From contig CAWJAX010000003.1 of the NCBI GenBank assembly GCA_963841015.1, forward strand, positions 416,001 to 480,000: 64,000 nucleotides of DNA. The letters run 5' to 3'. This DNA is from an uncultured Methanoregulaceae archaeon. Lineage in GTDB: Archaea; Halobacteriota; Methanomicrobia; Methanomicrobiales; Methanospirillaceae. Positions 41,208 through 51,764 of the stretch are shown here, piece by piece. Below the pieces are notes generated by a model. The model did not search any database. It saw only the letters and a program-made list of their open reading frames with translations, and was not told the origin of the DNA. Made by a program: the position numbers and the translations under genes. The first letter of the stretch is position 1; each line of letters starts with the position of its first letter.

Positions 41208-42033
41208 TTATCGCTTTTTCATCAGGACTACGGTGACTAAACCAACAAACGAGAGCGCTGCAATAATTGGCAGGAGGGAAAGAGGTGCCTGCGTGGTTGT
41301 AGGCAGGGGGGCAGGTACTGTTGTCGGGGGGCGGGAGGTAACTGCCGTTGTTGTACGAACGGTTGTCGGTACTGTTGCAGGAGCGGTAACGGTGAATGTT
41401 TTCACCCCGATATAGACTCTTTTGATCTTTAAAATATACATCATACTGACCAGGCTTTATCACCGGAACTTTTTGCGTGAATTCTCCTGCCCCGGACTGA
41501 ATGAGTTCTGTTGTACCTATCCACTTCGGCCCGAAGATGCTGTCGCCATCAGGTCCCCTGACCTCAATCTGAACTCCGTCATTTCCTATTTTCGTGATAT
41601 ACCCCTCGATGCGGAGTGCATCGACAAGGGCCTGTGTCATGGGGGAGGTAATCGTTATCTCGCCTGTACGGTCGATAAGTACCGGGAGTTGCAGGGTTAT
41701 GGAATCGGTTGACAACCGACCCTCATCGTTACCCATGAAATCTATCTCCACCTTGTATTGCCCACCGGGTAATCCCTTGGTATCCAGTATCGAGTACTGG
41801 GTGGGATTATTCTCCTGTATGGTCATAGTCTGGCTTTTGACGGGAGTTGCGGTATATCCGGATTGGTACATCGCCACATCAAAAGTTGTCCCGGCAGGGA
41901 AGTTACTGTCAATGGAACATTTTAACGGAATGCCAACCTGCACCGATGCCGGACAGCTGAGATAGAACTGGTATGCTGATGCTGTCCCGATAATACACAT
42001 CATGCAGAGAACGATGAGTATGATCTTTTTCAT
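41208..42033 (-). CDS. Secreted surface protein with Thr-rich stalk and C-terminal TM anchor; frameshift near 41420
   Basis: Signal peptide; ORF 41208-41444 supplies the T-rich stalk, TM and KKR tail. Confidence 0.75.
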
Positions 42034-42121
42034 ATCTACAGCATCGAATGGCCGTCATTAAAAGGTTTCCCGTTATTATGGGGAATTATGATAGTGAAAC
42101 AACCAGGTAGTTGCGATACGG

Positions 42122-42727
42122 TTATATCATACCGATGAAATTGTTCAGCAGACGAAGACCGATCGCGCCGCTCTTCTCAGGGTGGAACTGGACACCGTAG
42201 GTATTATTTTTCCCCACCGATGACGCAAAAGGACAGATATACCGGGTGGTTGTAAGCGAATATTCAGGAGTTGTATCGACATAATAGGAATGGACAAAGT
42301 ACACATATTCGTCCAGGCCAAAACCGGCAAAAAGCGGGTTATCAGTATGTTCAATTGCCAGAGAATTCCAGCCCATGTGAGGAATTTTATACCCTGATCC
42401 CCGGGGAAATCGCTTTACACGCCCCGGGATAAGCCCGAGTCCCTGGTGAATTCCATGCTCCTCGCTTGTATCCATCAGCATCTGCATGCCAAGACAGATC
42501 CCGAGCAGGGGAACATCACGGGTTGCCTCAATTACGGTTTCTTTTAAGAAACCCAGCTGGTCCATTCCCTCGCGGAACGCTCCAACACCGGGAAGCACAA
42601 GACCATCTGCAGCTGCGATCTCTTCCTTCTCTGAGGTAATTATCGCATTCGCTCCGGCTTTTTCAAGTCCGCGGATAACACTCCGCAGGTTCCCGAGCCC
42701 GTAATCAATAATGGCTATCTTCGTCAT
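42122..42727 (-). CDS. hisH: Imidazole glycerol phosphate synthase subunit HisH
   Basis: IIDYGLGNL, LPGVG, GICLGMQ, PHMGWN, QFHPEKS. Confidence 0.96.
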   Translation of the reverse strand: MTKIAIIDYGLGNLRSVIRGLEKAGANAIITSEKEEIAAADGLVLPGVGAFREGMDQLGFLKETVIEATRDVPLLGICLGMQMLMDTSEEHGIHQGLGLIPGRVKRFPRGSGYKIPHMGWNSLAIEHTDNPLFAGFGLDEYVYFVHSYYVDTTPEYSLTTTRYICPFASSVGKNNTYGVQFHPEKSGAIGLRLLNNFIGMI

Positions 42728-44117
42728 CCTTGCCACATTCCCTGAGCCGCCATTTCCCTTCAGTGACCCATTCAGCAGAAAGCCCCTGTGACCGTTGCCA
42801 TTGTTCAAGACGGCTTCGCCAGCTCTCCCAGAGATCCGGATACTCCTCTTCAATAATATGGATCAATGCCATATCGCTTGACGGGCACATGAAACATCCG
42901 ATCCGGTCCAGGTGATGCTCGTACAGGACGTTGTACGGCGCATGCTCCCGCATGAGATACAGCCAGACATGCAACGCTGTCCAGTTATGGATCGGGGCGG
43001 CCGAGAGCTGGGCTCGGACGTTTGAGTTTCGCCAGACACGATCGCTCTGCGCACGCGCAGCTGACTCATATCTTCTCTGACCGATAAAAGAAAGACATTC
43101 ACCCCACTGTTTGCGAATGAGGTTCGCCACCGGAGTCAGCTTGCAGACCCTGCAGCACCACCGGGCGTTCACTGCAGGGGGGCCCTGTCGCTCAAAATTT
43201 TCCCAGAATTGTGTTTCCCCATCCGTACGAATCAGGTCAAGCCCGTAATACCGCGATGCTTCTTCCACATTGGCATAGGTTTCGGGAAATTCCATACCGG
43301 TATCGGCAAAGAGCAGCGGGACCCTGCCGATGGCTTTTATCACTACCAGCAGTGTGGCGAGGCTGTCCTTTCCGCCGGAGTACGAGATGTTTGCCACGAG
43401 ATGCGGGTTCTTTTCAGCAACTTCCCGTACGAATTCAAGGGATGAGGATTCTGCATTTTCAAGAGCGTCAGCGTTTGCAGTTACTGCTGCTCCCCAGCTA
43501 GCCGCACCGGGCACAACAAATGAAGATACATTCCTGCGGGTCCTGACAATCGATCCTTTTTTCATCTGCCGGGCAGTTGCTGCGTCCACTTTTGCCCGCC
43601 CTACACCTACCGGTGAGCCATCTTTTGCAAGTATGAATACTTCGTCTCCGGCACCTACTGCATCATCGATAAAAACCAGCCCGGGCGCAAGAACACTCAT
43701 TCCCTGGTCCCTGATGAAGGGAATTGCATCATCATCAACGATAACGAACCGTTTCTGAGGGGTGAACAGGATACATGCCTCTGGGCGGGGGATGGGTTCC
43801 CAGCGCCGTTGTTTGGGGAGATACCGGATGATCCCGGCGACTCCTCCCCCGACAACAATCTCTTCCATCCGGTCATGATCCGGAACTTTATTCAGGAGTG
43901 CAAGGTGACCATCAGGTATCAGCGCTGCACCGAAATGATCTTCATAAATCCGGTTGATGAGTGCAATGTCTGCCGGAAATGCCGGACGGGCATCGCCCGG
44001 GGGGGTTACCGGTACCTCCCGGGTCTTTTCTCCGCAGGTACAGCAGGGTGCAAGAACCGGGGTGTGGCACTGATCACACCAGCGTAAAAGGATCTTCCCC
44101 AGATAGGACGGACGCAT
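42705..44117 (-). CDS. PAPS-reductase family protein with PUA domain
   Basis: N-terminal Cys cluster, PUA-like region, SGGKDS, RWCC, RIGCFMCP. Confidence 0.9.
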   Translation of the reverse strand: MRPSYLGKILLRWCDQCHTPVLAPCCTCGEKTREVPVTPPGDARPAFPADIALINRIYEDHFGAALIPDGHLALLNKVPDHDRMEEIVVGGGVAGIIRYLPKQRRWEPIPRPEACILFTPQKRFVIVDDDAIPFIRDQGMSVLAPGLVFIDDAVGAGDEVFILAKDGSPVGVGRAKVDAATARQMKKGSIVRTRRNVSSFVVPGAASWGAAVTANADALENAESSSLEFVREVAEKNPHLVANISYSGGKDSLATLLVVIKAIGRVPLLFADTGMEFPETYANVEEASRYYGLDLIRTDGETQFWENFERQGPPAVNARWCCRVCKLTPVANLIRKQWGECLSFIGQRRYESAARAQSDRVWRNSNVRAQLSAAPIHNWTALHVWLYLMREHAPYNVLYEHHLDRIGCFMCPSSDMALIHIIEEEYPDLWESWRSRLEQWQRSQGLSAEWVTEGKWRLRECGKDDEDSHY

Positions 44118-44292
44118 CTCTTCTATTCATTCGCTCCGCGGGGATAAAAATGGGAGGGAAAGGGATACGCGTGAAGAAAGAAACGTTCGAAATTTTTCTG
44201 CTGATTCTTTTTTATGGATTCGTAGTTGATCATAACACAACCCGGAGCGGGAGGATTGATAAACAGGAATCTTCCACACTGTACTGTAGTAC

Positions 44293-44553
44293 ATGATAGA
44301 CTCCTGGCTTTTTGCAGCACTCTGCCTTATCTTCCTGTCAATCTGCGCTATCCTGATGATCATTCACGGGCCGACCCGCGATGACCGGCTCATTGCAGTG
44401 AATACAGCAATTACTATCGCTGCCGGAGCAGCAATAGCACTCAGTATTTCCCTGGGAAACCTGTTCGTACTGGATGTTTCAATCCTCCTTGTTGTACTTG
44501 GTTACGCAGGAACAATTGCCATTGCACGGTCAAAGAGAGGTGAAGAAGTATGA
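44293..44553 (+). CDS. MrpF/MnhF-like membrane subunit
   Basis: GPT..DR motif and three TM helices. Confidence 0.8.
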   Translation: MIDSWLFAALCLIFLSICAILMIIHGPTRDDRLIAVNTAITIAAGAAIALSISLGNLFVLDVSILLVVLGYAGTIAIARSKRGEEV

Positions 44554-44906
44554 GCGCTCCTGGTATTGATGCAGCAATTTTTATCCTCCTTATCATCAGT
44601 GTCGGTTTTAGCTGGATTGGTTTGATAGGTCTCTTTCTCTTTCCCGATATTCGCAGCAGGATGTATACCGCATTCAGGGCAACAGTGATCAGCTTCAGCG
44701 CGATTATTCTATCCGTAATTATCTATGCTCTCTTTACCTTCAATTCAAGCGGGGGGGATCAGTATATCGCTCTGATTCTCCACTCCATGGTTCTCCTGTT
44801 CATCATCGCGGTGGCAAATGGTGTGGTATACAAGACTATTCTCGACCGGACAAAATCGGTACCATTCTGCCAACCAGCCACGGAACAAAACGAAGACAAC
44901 AAGTAG
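44550..44906 (+). CDS. MrpG/MnhG-like membrane subunit
   Basis: IGL..FPD...R motif; coupled to the MrpF-like gene. Confidence 0.7.
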   Translation: MSAPGIDAAIFILLIISVGFSWIGLIGLFLFPDIRSRMYTAFRATVISFSAIILSVIIYALFTFNSSGGDQYIALILHSMVLLFIIAVANGVVYKTILDRTKSVPFCQPATEQNEDNK

Positions 44907-45190
44907 ATTCATTTTTTTTCAAATTCCTTGAGAACAAGATAATTACAGCTACCAGCGCATCCGTCCTTCTGACCCTAAATAATCCGACGAGAGATTTTTT
45001 ATTCGTTATAAAATTGGTTTTTTTGAAATCAGAGCGAAATTTAAAGGATTGCGCATTTTGAGAGATATTACTTTTAAAAACCGCCATTGTTCAGATACTG
45101 CCATTTTACTGTGCTATAAGTGACATTAACTAGGGATTCTATGCACTAAAACGACGTTGCGACCAAAATATTTATTAATTCGTAGATTAA

Positions 45191-45221
45191 AGAAATTTAT
45201 AACCCTTTCCGGTAGGAGGTG
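45191..45221 (+). promoter_or_regulatory. BRE/TATA box and Shine-Dalgarno for the microprotein gene
   Basis: AGAAA-TTTATAA at 45191-45202; AGGAGGTG at 45214-45221. Confidence 0.7.
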
Positions 45222-45229
45222 GAATACAC

Positions 45230-45310
45230 ATGGCAGCAGCAAAGAAAGCAGCGGCAAAGAAGCCGGAAGCGAAAAAGCCAGCCAAGAAGGCGGCAGGCAA
45301 GAAGAAATAA
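45230..45310 (+). CDS. 26-aa Lys/Ala-rich microprotein MAAAKKAAAKKPEAKKPAKKAAGKKK (histone H1-tail-like)
   Basis: ATG 8 nt after a perfect SD; 11 Lys; T-tract downstream; below the ORF-track size cutoff. Confidence 0.8.
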   Translation: MAAAKKAAAKKPEAKKPAKKAAGKKK

Positions 45311-45323
45311 TCTTCACATAACA

Positions 45324-45572
45324 CTAAGACTTTTTTGAAGTGATTTTTTGCGAGAATTTTTGTTTTATTCCGGATAAGGCATCTGGTGTTGATCTTCTCT
45401 CAAAGGCTAAAATGCAATCCGGGCACAAACCAAGAGTATATTCCAGCCCCGGTATTCTGGTCAGGTACCTCCGGCTCATTTTATGAACCGACAAATCCCC
45501 GTCCAATGAGCTGATTTCTTTGAATGTCTGGCATTTTGTGTCCCGGTTCCGGGTATCAGAAAATGCTGGCAT
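45324..45572 (-). CDS. Possible small hypothetical protein
   Basis: 82 aa with a CPDC motif; weak support. Confidence 0.35.
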   Translation of the reverse strand: MPAFSDTRNRDTKCQTFKEISSLDGDLSVHKMSRRYLTRIPGLEYTLGLCPDCILAFERRSTPDALSGIKQKFSQKITSKKS

Positions 45573-45748
45573 TTACCGGGAGATCCTGATAATTGTCTGG
45601 TATGCTTAGTTTCTGATTCCCCACGCTTGTGGTAAGGCAGATTCATTATCTGAGCAGGTCACCTTCAGATTCACCATGATTGAAAACGGGTATCGCTAAA
45701 ACAAGGATCCTAATGCCAGTTCCCTTCCCTTTGTTGATTGCCAGCATC

Positions 45749-46844
45749 TTATCCCTTGAGACGCACGGAAGCCTGATGCTCGGGGTCAGGGAAATCACCC
45801 GCATGAATAAAATCTGTTATTAACCTGCCACGAATCTCCCGGGGAAGATATCCCAGTACCTCTGCAATCCCTTCATGTACCTGAAGTACCCGGAAATTAC
45901 GGTCAAGCACCCATATGCTTTCCTGCGCCGTTTCCACGATGTGGTGACAATTTTCTTCACTTACCCGCAGTTTCTGCTCTTTTTTGTTCAGCTCATCGTA
46001 ATTTTGCCGCAGCTCCTCTTCAGTTGCAGCAATCTGTTCATACGCTGCCTGGAGTTCGCCATTGATTATGCGCATTTTTTCTTCAGAACGTTTGGTTTCC
46101 GTGATATCGCGACCAACGGACTGGTATTCGATCAGTCTTCCCTGATTATTAAAAATTGCCCGATCGCTCCAGCGCTGCCAGCGAATCTCCCCATCAACCA
46201 TGATGATCTGATGGTCTATGGAGGCAATCGGGTTTTCCTTTGTCAGGGAGAGAAAATGTTTCCTGACACGGTCCTGATCCTCTTTGGGGACAGAAGGCCT
46301 GAACCGGTTCCCAAGAAGCTCCTCCTTTTTTTTATTGAAATACCGACAGTATGCCTCATTTGCAAATACGTGGGTATAATCAGGAAGAAACCGTGAGATA
46401 AATTCTGTCTGGTCTTCGACAACATTGCGGTAATGTGTTTCACTCTCCAGCAATGCTTTCTCTGCCTGCCTGCGACGGACGGCAGCAGTAATTTTATGTC
46501 CGAGTTCCAGGAACTGCGGAGTTGGTTTCCCGCCTTTCTGGAGGTAAAAATCAGCGCCGTTATCAAATGCTTCTATCACAACCTCTTCCCGGCCTTTGCC
46601 GGTAAATATGATGAAAGGGAGATCAGGAAATTCAGCACGGATCGCTTTTAAGAAGGTAATTCCATCCATATCCGGCATCTGGTAATCGGAAACAATCGCT
46701 TCAAAGGATGTTGATTTTAGTAACCTTAAAGCATCACGGGCCGACGTCAACGTATCAACCCGGAACTGGCCGGATTTTTCTAAAAAAAGTTTGCCGAGTT
46801 CAAGCAGACTCCTCTTCATCATCTACATAAAGTACGGATATCAT
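45749..46844 (-). CDS. Response-regulator receiver + PAS domain protein; +1 frameshift near 46811
   Basis: True start MISVLYVDDEE at 46844; SDYQMPDMDG, FTGKG, GRDITE; second PAS appears truncated. Confidence 0.85.
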
Positions 46845-47080
46845 AGTCGTTTTCCTGTACGTCAATGGGAGAGATTATATGGAAAGATTAATATTCATCT
46901 GCAACTATTTTCAACAAAGGATCTGACTCAGATAATCTCCATAATCTTCTTTCATGAGTTTCATATCCTTGAATGAAATTTGTCGAGCTCGTCATTTATT
47001 TATCACGGGGATTCAGATTATCCGCTGCGATTAACATTCACCGGCAAAATGAATGTTTCTTTTGTCCCTGAATTGATCTC

Positions 47081-48019
47081 ATGGATTCTTTCAACAGCTC
47101 CGGCTATTACCGCCACCGGCATTTTGTATCGGACATCAGGGATACTCTCTTTTTGAGAATTCGCGACTATGGAGAGTTCCTGCTGTACAGTTCACTCTTC
47201 CTGGGTTCAGCTGCAGTCGGTATGGCTTATACTTCCTGCTTTATCCAGGGTATAACCTGGTCAGGCAACATCGCTGCCGTAATGTTCCTGATTGTATTCT
47301 CTGTGTATAATTTAAACCGGAAAACGGATGAAGCGGAAGACAGTCTTAACCATGAACGGCGTTTCCGTATAACCAAAAAATTCGAACGCCACTTTTTTAT
47401 TGCTGCACTTGGCGCATACATCATTGCACTCACCATTGCCGCATTTCACGGAATTGCCGCAGTCAGCGTGGTTATGATACCTCTCGTAAGTGGCATATTC
47501 TACAGCGTTCCTGTACTCCCGAAGGGGTGTGGATACCGGCGTTTAAAAGAAATTCCGGTGATGAAAAACTTCGTGGTCTCAATCTCATGGGCACTCGCGT
47601 TTTCGCTGGTGCCGGTGTATCTGGGTGCTTCTGAACCGGGTGCAGCATCCGGGGTTGTATTCCTGTTCATCTTCTGCTGGACATTTATTGCTTCCGTTCT
47701 TCCCGACATACGGGACCGGAGCGGAGATTCTGCAACCGGTGTCGCAACCATTCCGGTTCTTTTGGGAGTTGCACGAACCCGCGGCATCCTTACGATAATA
47801 AATTTTTCAGCGGGAGCCATTATCCTGCTCCTGGGAAGCCCCATTATTCCGATGCCGGCAATTGCCGTTATCCTCATTTCTCTTGTGTATTCCCAGATTT
47901 GCATCATTTCTATCGATCGAACAACCATGAATGATCTTCTCTGTGATGTCATTTCTGATGGCCAATTCCTGACTATTGGGGGGTTATGTCTCCTGATCAC
48001 ATCATTGTCTTACCTGTAA
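47081..48019 (+). CDS. UbiA family prenyltransferase
   Basis: NRKTDEAED and DIRDRSGD Asp-rich motifs; multiple TM. Confidence 0.88.
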   Translation: MDSFNSSGYYRHRHFVSDIRDTLFLRIRDYGEFLLYSSLFLGSAAVGMAYTSCFIQGITWSGNIAAVMFLIVFSVYNLNRKTDEAEDSLNHERRFRITKKFERHFFIAALGAYIIALTIAAFHGIAAVSVVMIPLVSGIFYSVPVLPKGCGYRRLKEIPVMKNFVVSISWALAFSLVPVYLGASEPGAASGVVFLFIFCWTFIASVLPDIRDRSGDSATGVATIPVLLGVARTRGILTIINFSAGAIILLLGSPIIPMPAIAVILISLVYSQICIISIDRTTMNDLLCDVISDGQFLTIGGLCLLITSLSYL

Positions 48020-48124
48020 CCCAAAAATAACATCAATTTTCCACGCTCATGAGATTACTTAGGCAGACCTGAGGGAGTCATAAACGAACAAAATATGTAC
48101 ATCTCAGAGATAATGTATTGCAGT

Positions 48125-48959
48125 ATGGATACCCTCAAAATTTATGAGCACCATAAACAACCGATCCATTCCCTATACAGTTCACGGCTGAAGATTCAGA
48201 TTCTGCTTACCTTACTCCACAATAAAGCATCCCTCGACCGGCTGCGTGAGGTCACCGGCAGCACGTCCCAGGCATTAATTCCCAAGATCCGTAACCTGGA
48301 AAAACAGGGACTTATTGAAGCGGTGAATTACGAGTACTGCCTTACTCCGCTTGGGGGGGTGGTTGCAGAGAATGTTGATGGGTTTGTCCAGCTCATCGGA
48401 GGGATCAGCCAGCATCATACATTCTTTAAAGACCATGATCTTACCGATCTTCCGGTGACCTTTCTTTCCCGGATCGGGGACCTGTATCATTCAGAACCTA
48501 AACATGATACAACGACCGATATGTTTTATGTTTATTCCCACTATCTCGAGATCCTGAAAGACGCCACGTTTATCCACGGGATTTCCTCGGTAGCAAGTCC
48601 AGGACTTGCCCAATTCATTGCAGAAAAAGTGGTCACCGGTATTCCGGTCGAACTTGTTGTAAATAATGAAGTTATCGGACTTTTAACAAAAGAGCCCTAT
48701 GCATCAAATATGCAGGCCCTTTTGGGGCATCCCAATTTTTCGGTCTGGGTAACCGGCGAGAGACTTCGTGTCGGGCTGACCGTCACCGATAAATACCTCT
48801 CACTGGGCCTTTTCAAGAAGGATTCCCACCTCTACGACAGTTCGTCTGATCTCTTCAGCAGCGATCTCCGTGCAGTTGAATGGGGAGAGGACCTTTTCCG
48901 GGTACTATAAAGAGCGTTCAATCAAGCTTGACATTGCCACATTATTCGAAGAAAAATAA
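48125..48959 (+). CDS. Winged-helix / DUF1724-type transcriptional regulator; +1 frameshift near 48900
   Basis: HTH N-terminus, VTDKYLSLGL...YD..A..WG; removing one G gives the ending FRYYKERS... Confidence 0.8.
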
Positions 48960-49039
48960 ACAAACCGGTTTTTCCCGGAATTATGAGTATTCCCGATTAA
49001 TATTCCCAATTTTTTTTAAAAGATTTTTTTTGATTTTGC

Positions 49040-49483
49040 TGCTCTGTAGAAACGAGCATGAACTGATCGGGTTCACACTCAAACCATGAAAATCTTATTT
49101 TATACGAAGGACTCCCGCATCAGGGCCTCTCCGAGGCACGGCGGGGCAGGGAGTTTTTTTTTAAATTTTTTGGTCATCGATCCGCCACGGGGGCGCCCCT
49201 TCGGGGGTGGCGGCATTCATCCTACCAGATGGATAGAGTGATAATAATTTCCGCATCATATCTGAATAATACAATTTTCATGGGAAATGCTCAATTACAT
49301 GCTAAACGCTCAAAGGGGTTTCACTCCCACCGCTGTGGCTCCCCCGATGCGATAACTCCCGATCAAGTGCTACGTCATCATCGCTCAGCGCAGGGGCGGC
49401 ATGGGCGGACAGGCACTGTCCCCTCCTTCATCCGTACCAGCATCTTGAATTTCATATCAAGGGAAAAGGAATTCTACAGAGTC
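49040..49483 (+). mobile_element. MITE-like repeat copy 9 (module B + module A, intact)
   Basis: ctctgtagaa/ttctacagag TIR; perfect 8-bp direct repeat gattttgc at 49032-49039 and 49484-49491. Confidence 0.95.
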
Positions 49484-49535
49484 GATTTTGCAGTATTTTT
49501 TTCCAGACACAGGGGAGTATCGTTGGGAATAAAAA

Positions 49536-51113
49536 TTACTCCTGCGAAAAAGTGGAGTTTTTTTTCCTGAATATCAGTACTTTACTATTTTCAAAAATTA
49601 AACGGTGATCATCAGAATTGGCAAATGATGAAATAATATATCCATTTTCAGGATTTTTGATGATATACACATGCGAATATCTGAAATTATAATTATTGGA
49701 AACATTCTCAAAACAGAAGGTATCTTCACAATTGCTTAATTCAAGGTCAGCTAACCATAACTGAGGCTTATTTGACCATTCATTTCCGTAAAATATATTG
49801 AGAGTTTTTCTGTGGGTTATAGCAGGAAACCAGTCTCCGATCCAAAACTGGTTTTTCTGTTCACTTGCAATAACATCTTTTACGATAAAAGTACTGGTAT
49901 TTTCAGTATTTTGTTGTATCCAGTACATAGCTTCGAAATGTCCTTTTTCGTCATCTTTCAGGGAAGAATACCTGGATTCAAAAAAATCCCGGTTTTGAAT
50001 GTAACTGCCTCCAAGAATCAGGACTACTAACAGAATAGTAAAAAATAATGGTAAAAGAGTTTTTTCTGGTGTTTCAGCATTCAGGGTAAACTTCAGAGCG
50101 GGAAATATCACTTTCATCAATCCAACAGAAAAAAGGATGATTACCAATATCAGAGGTATAATCACCACTCCATACCCCCCGCTTATTACCAATAAAACGA
50201 ATAAAACAGGTAAAAAAAATTCTTTTTTGGCGAGGTAATAAAAAAGGCCAAGTAAGCAGATTAATATTAAAGATAACTGATAATTATAAAAGTTAGTTAA
50301 ATAAATATTTATAAATATATTGAATACTGCAGTTGGTTGTCGTACCATAAACCCATTTATCAGAACATCAATTCCATGATTCCGGATAACGGTAAACCAC
50401 CAGGGAGAGCTGATTAACGTCGCGATAATCACAATAAACGCAACATCGAACACCGTTTTTTTCCGGGGATTGAGTAATGCAACGGCAAACAGGACCAGGG
50501 CATATGCAAAGGCACACCGGGGACTCGATACTATTAACAATCCAAAAAGAATTCCTATAAAAAAAATGAATGTATCATTCTTAAATTTCATCCATCGGAG
50601 AACAAGAATCAGACCAATAATAAAAAATAACGTACCAACACCATGAACGAGAAAGAGTCCCTGCGCAGAATAAGAAATCAGCGGGAGGTATAAAGCAAAA
50701 ATCAGTGTACTTATGAGGATTAAGGATTTTTCAGTGAATAATTCTTTTACTAAAAAATAAAACGCGAATATGCATACTATGCTGATTATCACAGGAATGT
50801 AAATAACAAGAGTCAATAACGGGACGGGGAACAGGGTGCTGCTCAATGCTAATACATAAAATATTAACGGGGGGTACGCAAAAGGGATTCCAGTTTCTGT
50901 ATAAAATGGAATATATGCCGGGTATGAAAAATTATTCTGAACAATAATTTCTGAAAAAAACAGATACAGTCCACCGTTATTGAGGGGGAGATTTGAGGAA
51001 AATCCCATAAATATATGGGGTAATAATCTTAAAAAAATCCCCAAAATTATGGAAGTTATAAGAACAAAATTAAAAAAAAATTTCGTTTGTATGAATGAAT
51101 AAAAATCTTTCAT
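49536..51113 (-). CDS. GT-C fold (ArnT/PMT/GT39-like) membrane glycosyltransferase, AT-rich
   Basis: LRL...GGLY...YPPL pattern, about 11 TM, soluble C-terminal domain. Confidence 0.75.
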   Translation of the reverse strand: MKDFYSFIQTKFFFNFVLITSIILGIFLRLLPHIFMGFSSNLPLNNGGLYLFFSEIIVQNNFSYPAYIPFYTETGIPFAYPPLIFYVLALSSTLFPVPLLTLVIYIPVIISIVCIFAFYFLVKELFTEKSLILISTLIFALYLPLISYSAQGLFLVHGVGTLFFIIGLILVLRWMKFKNDTFIFFIGILFGLLIVSSPRCAFAYALVLFAVALLNPRKKTVFDVAFIVIIATLISSPWWFTVIRNHGIDVLINGFMVRQPTAVFNIFINIYLTNFYNYQLSLILICLLGLFYYLAKKEFFLPVLFVLLVISGGYGVVIIPLILVIILFSVGLMKVIFPALKFTLNAETPEKTLLPLFFTILLVVLILGGSYIQNRDFFESRYSSLKDDEKGHFEAMYWIQQNTENTSTFIVKDVIASEQKNQFWIGDWFPAITHRKTLNIFYGNEWSNKPQLWLADLELSNCEDTFCFENVSNNYNFRYSHVYIIKNPENGYIISSFANSDDHRLIFENSKVLIFRKKNSTFSQE

Positions 51114-51456
51114 ATCTGTTCCATCTCTTTTTTTATGTAAAACTTACCTGCCGGAGGGGAAAATTTCAATAATTTTTTTATGGTTTAATCTGCGAAATTT
51201 TTAATAATTATACCGAACAACCGAAGGGAAAATTTTACTCCTTCTTTTTTTTCACTTGTATATACAGTAAGTTTCCTGATACGAATATGTTATGGAGAAG
51301 ATCAGACAATTCAATAAAGAAATTATGAGGAATAATTAAACGTAATTCTTTTGACATGACAGTAATGTTTGCTCCATCAGCAAAAGGAATGCATCCAGAA
51401 AATTCCTGAAATAAGATTAAGATTTAAAAGTAAGCTCCTAAAAAAGCAAGGCAGAG

Positions 51457-51528
51457 TGCGCCGACCGGGACTCGAACCCGGGTTTAGGCGTTGGCAACGC
51501 CTAGTGATAACCACTACACTATCGGCGC
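51457..51528 (-). tRNA. tRNA-Gly (GCC), no encoded CCA
   Basis: GCGCCGA/TCGGCGC acceptor stem, AGGCG-TTGCCAA-CGCCT anticodon arm, GGTTCGAGTCC. Confidence 0.96.
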
Positions 51529-51764
51529 AGATGTGCTCTAAAGTGTGAGCATTCAAACAATTTAAGGATATCGAACCCTTGGGCTCCGTCAGATATTCTT
51601 CCTTTGTCTCCTTCATACCATCATTTGTTCGGAAATGGCGGTCTGATCCTTCCATGATAACTGGTATTTCCGTAAGGATTCAAACCTGCACCTTGTGGTA
51701 AAGCAGGGAAAAATACACAACTATTCCAACATCTTAAAGTAACGCAATAGCCCTATCTATTACC

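Noticed and set aside
44970-45085. Possible decayed second copy of the 40795-41095 segment
   Set aside because: Only two short AT-rich word similarities; not distinguishable from chance by eye.
49229-49570. ORFs over the repeats (also 781-1011, 13407-13888, 18354-18791, 26367-26591, 62328-63006) with shared peptides such as CGSPDAI
   Set aside because: Frame and length differ between copies; the similarity follows from the DNA repeat, and GC-rich DNA stays open by chance.
51377-51655. 92-aa ORF
   Set aside because: Overlaps tRNA-Gly on the same strand.
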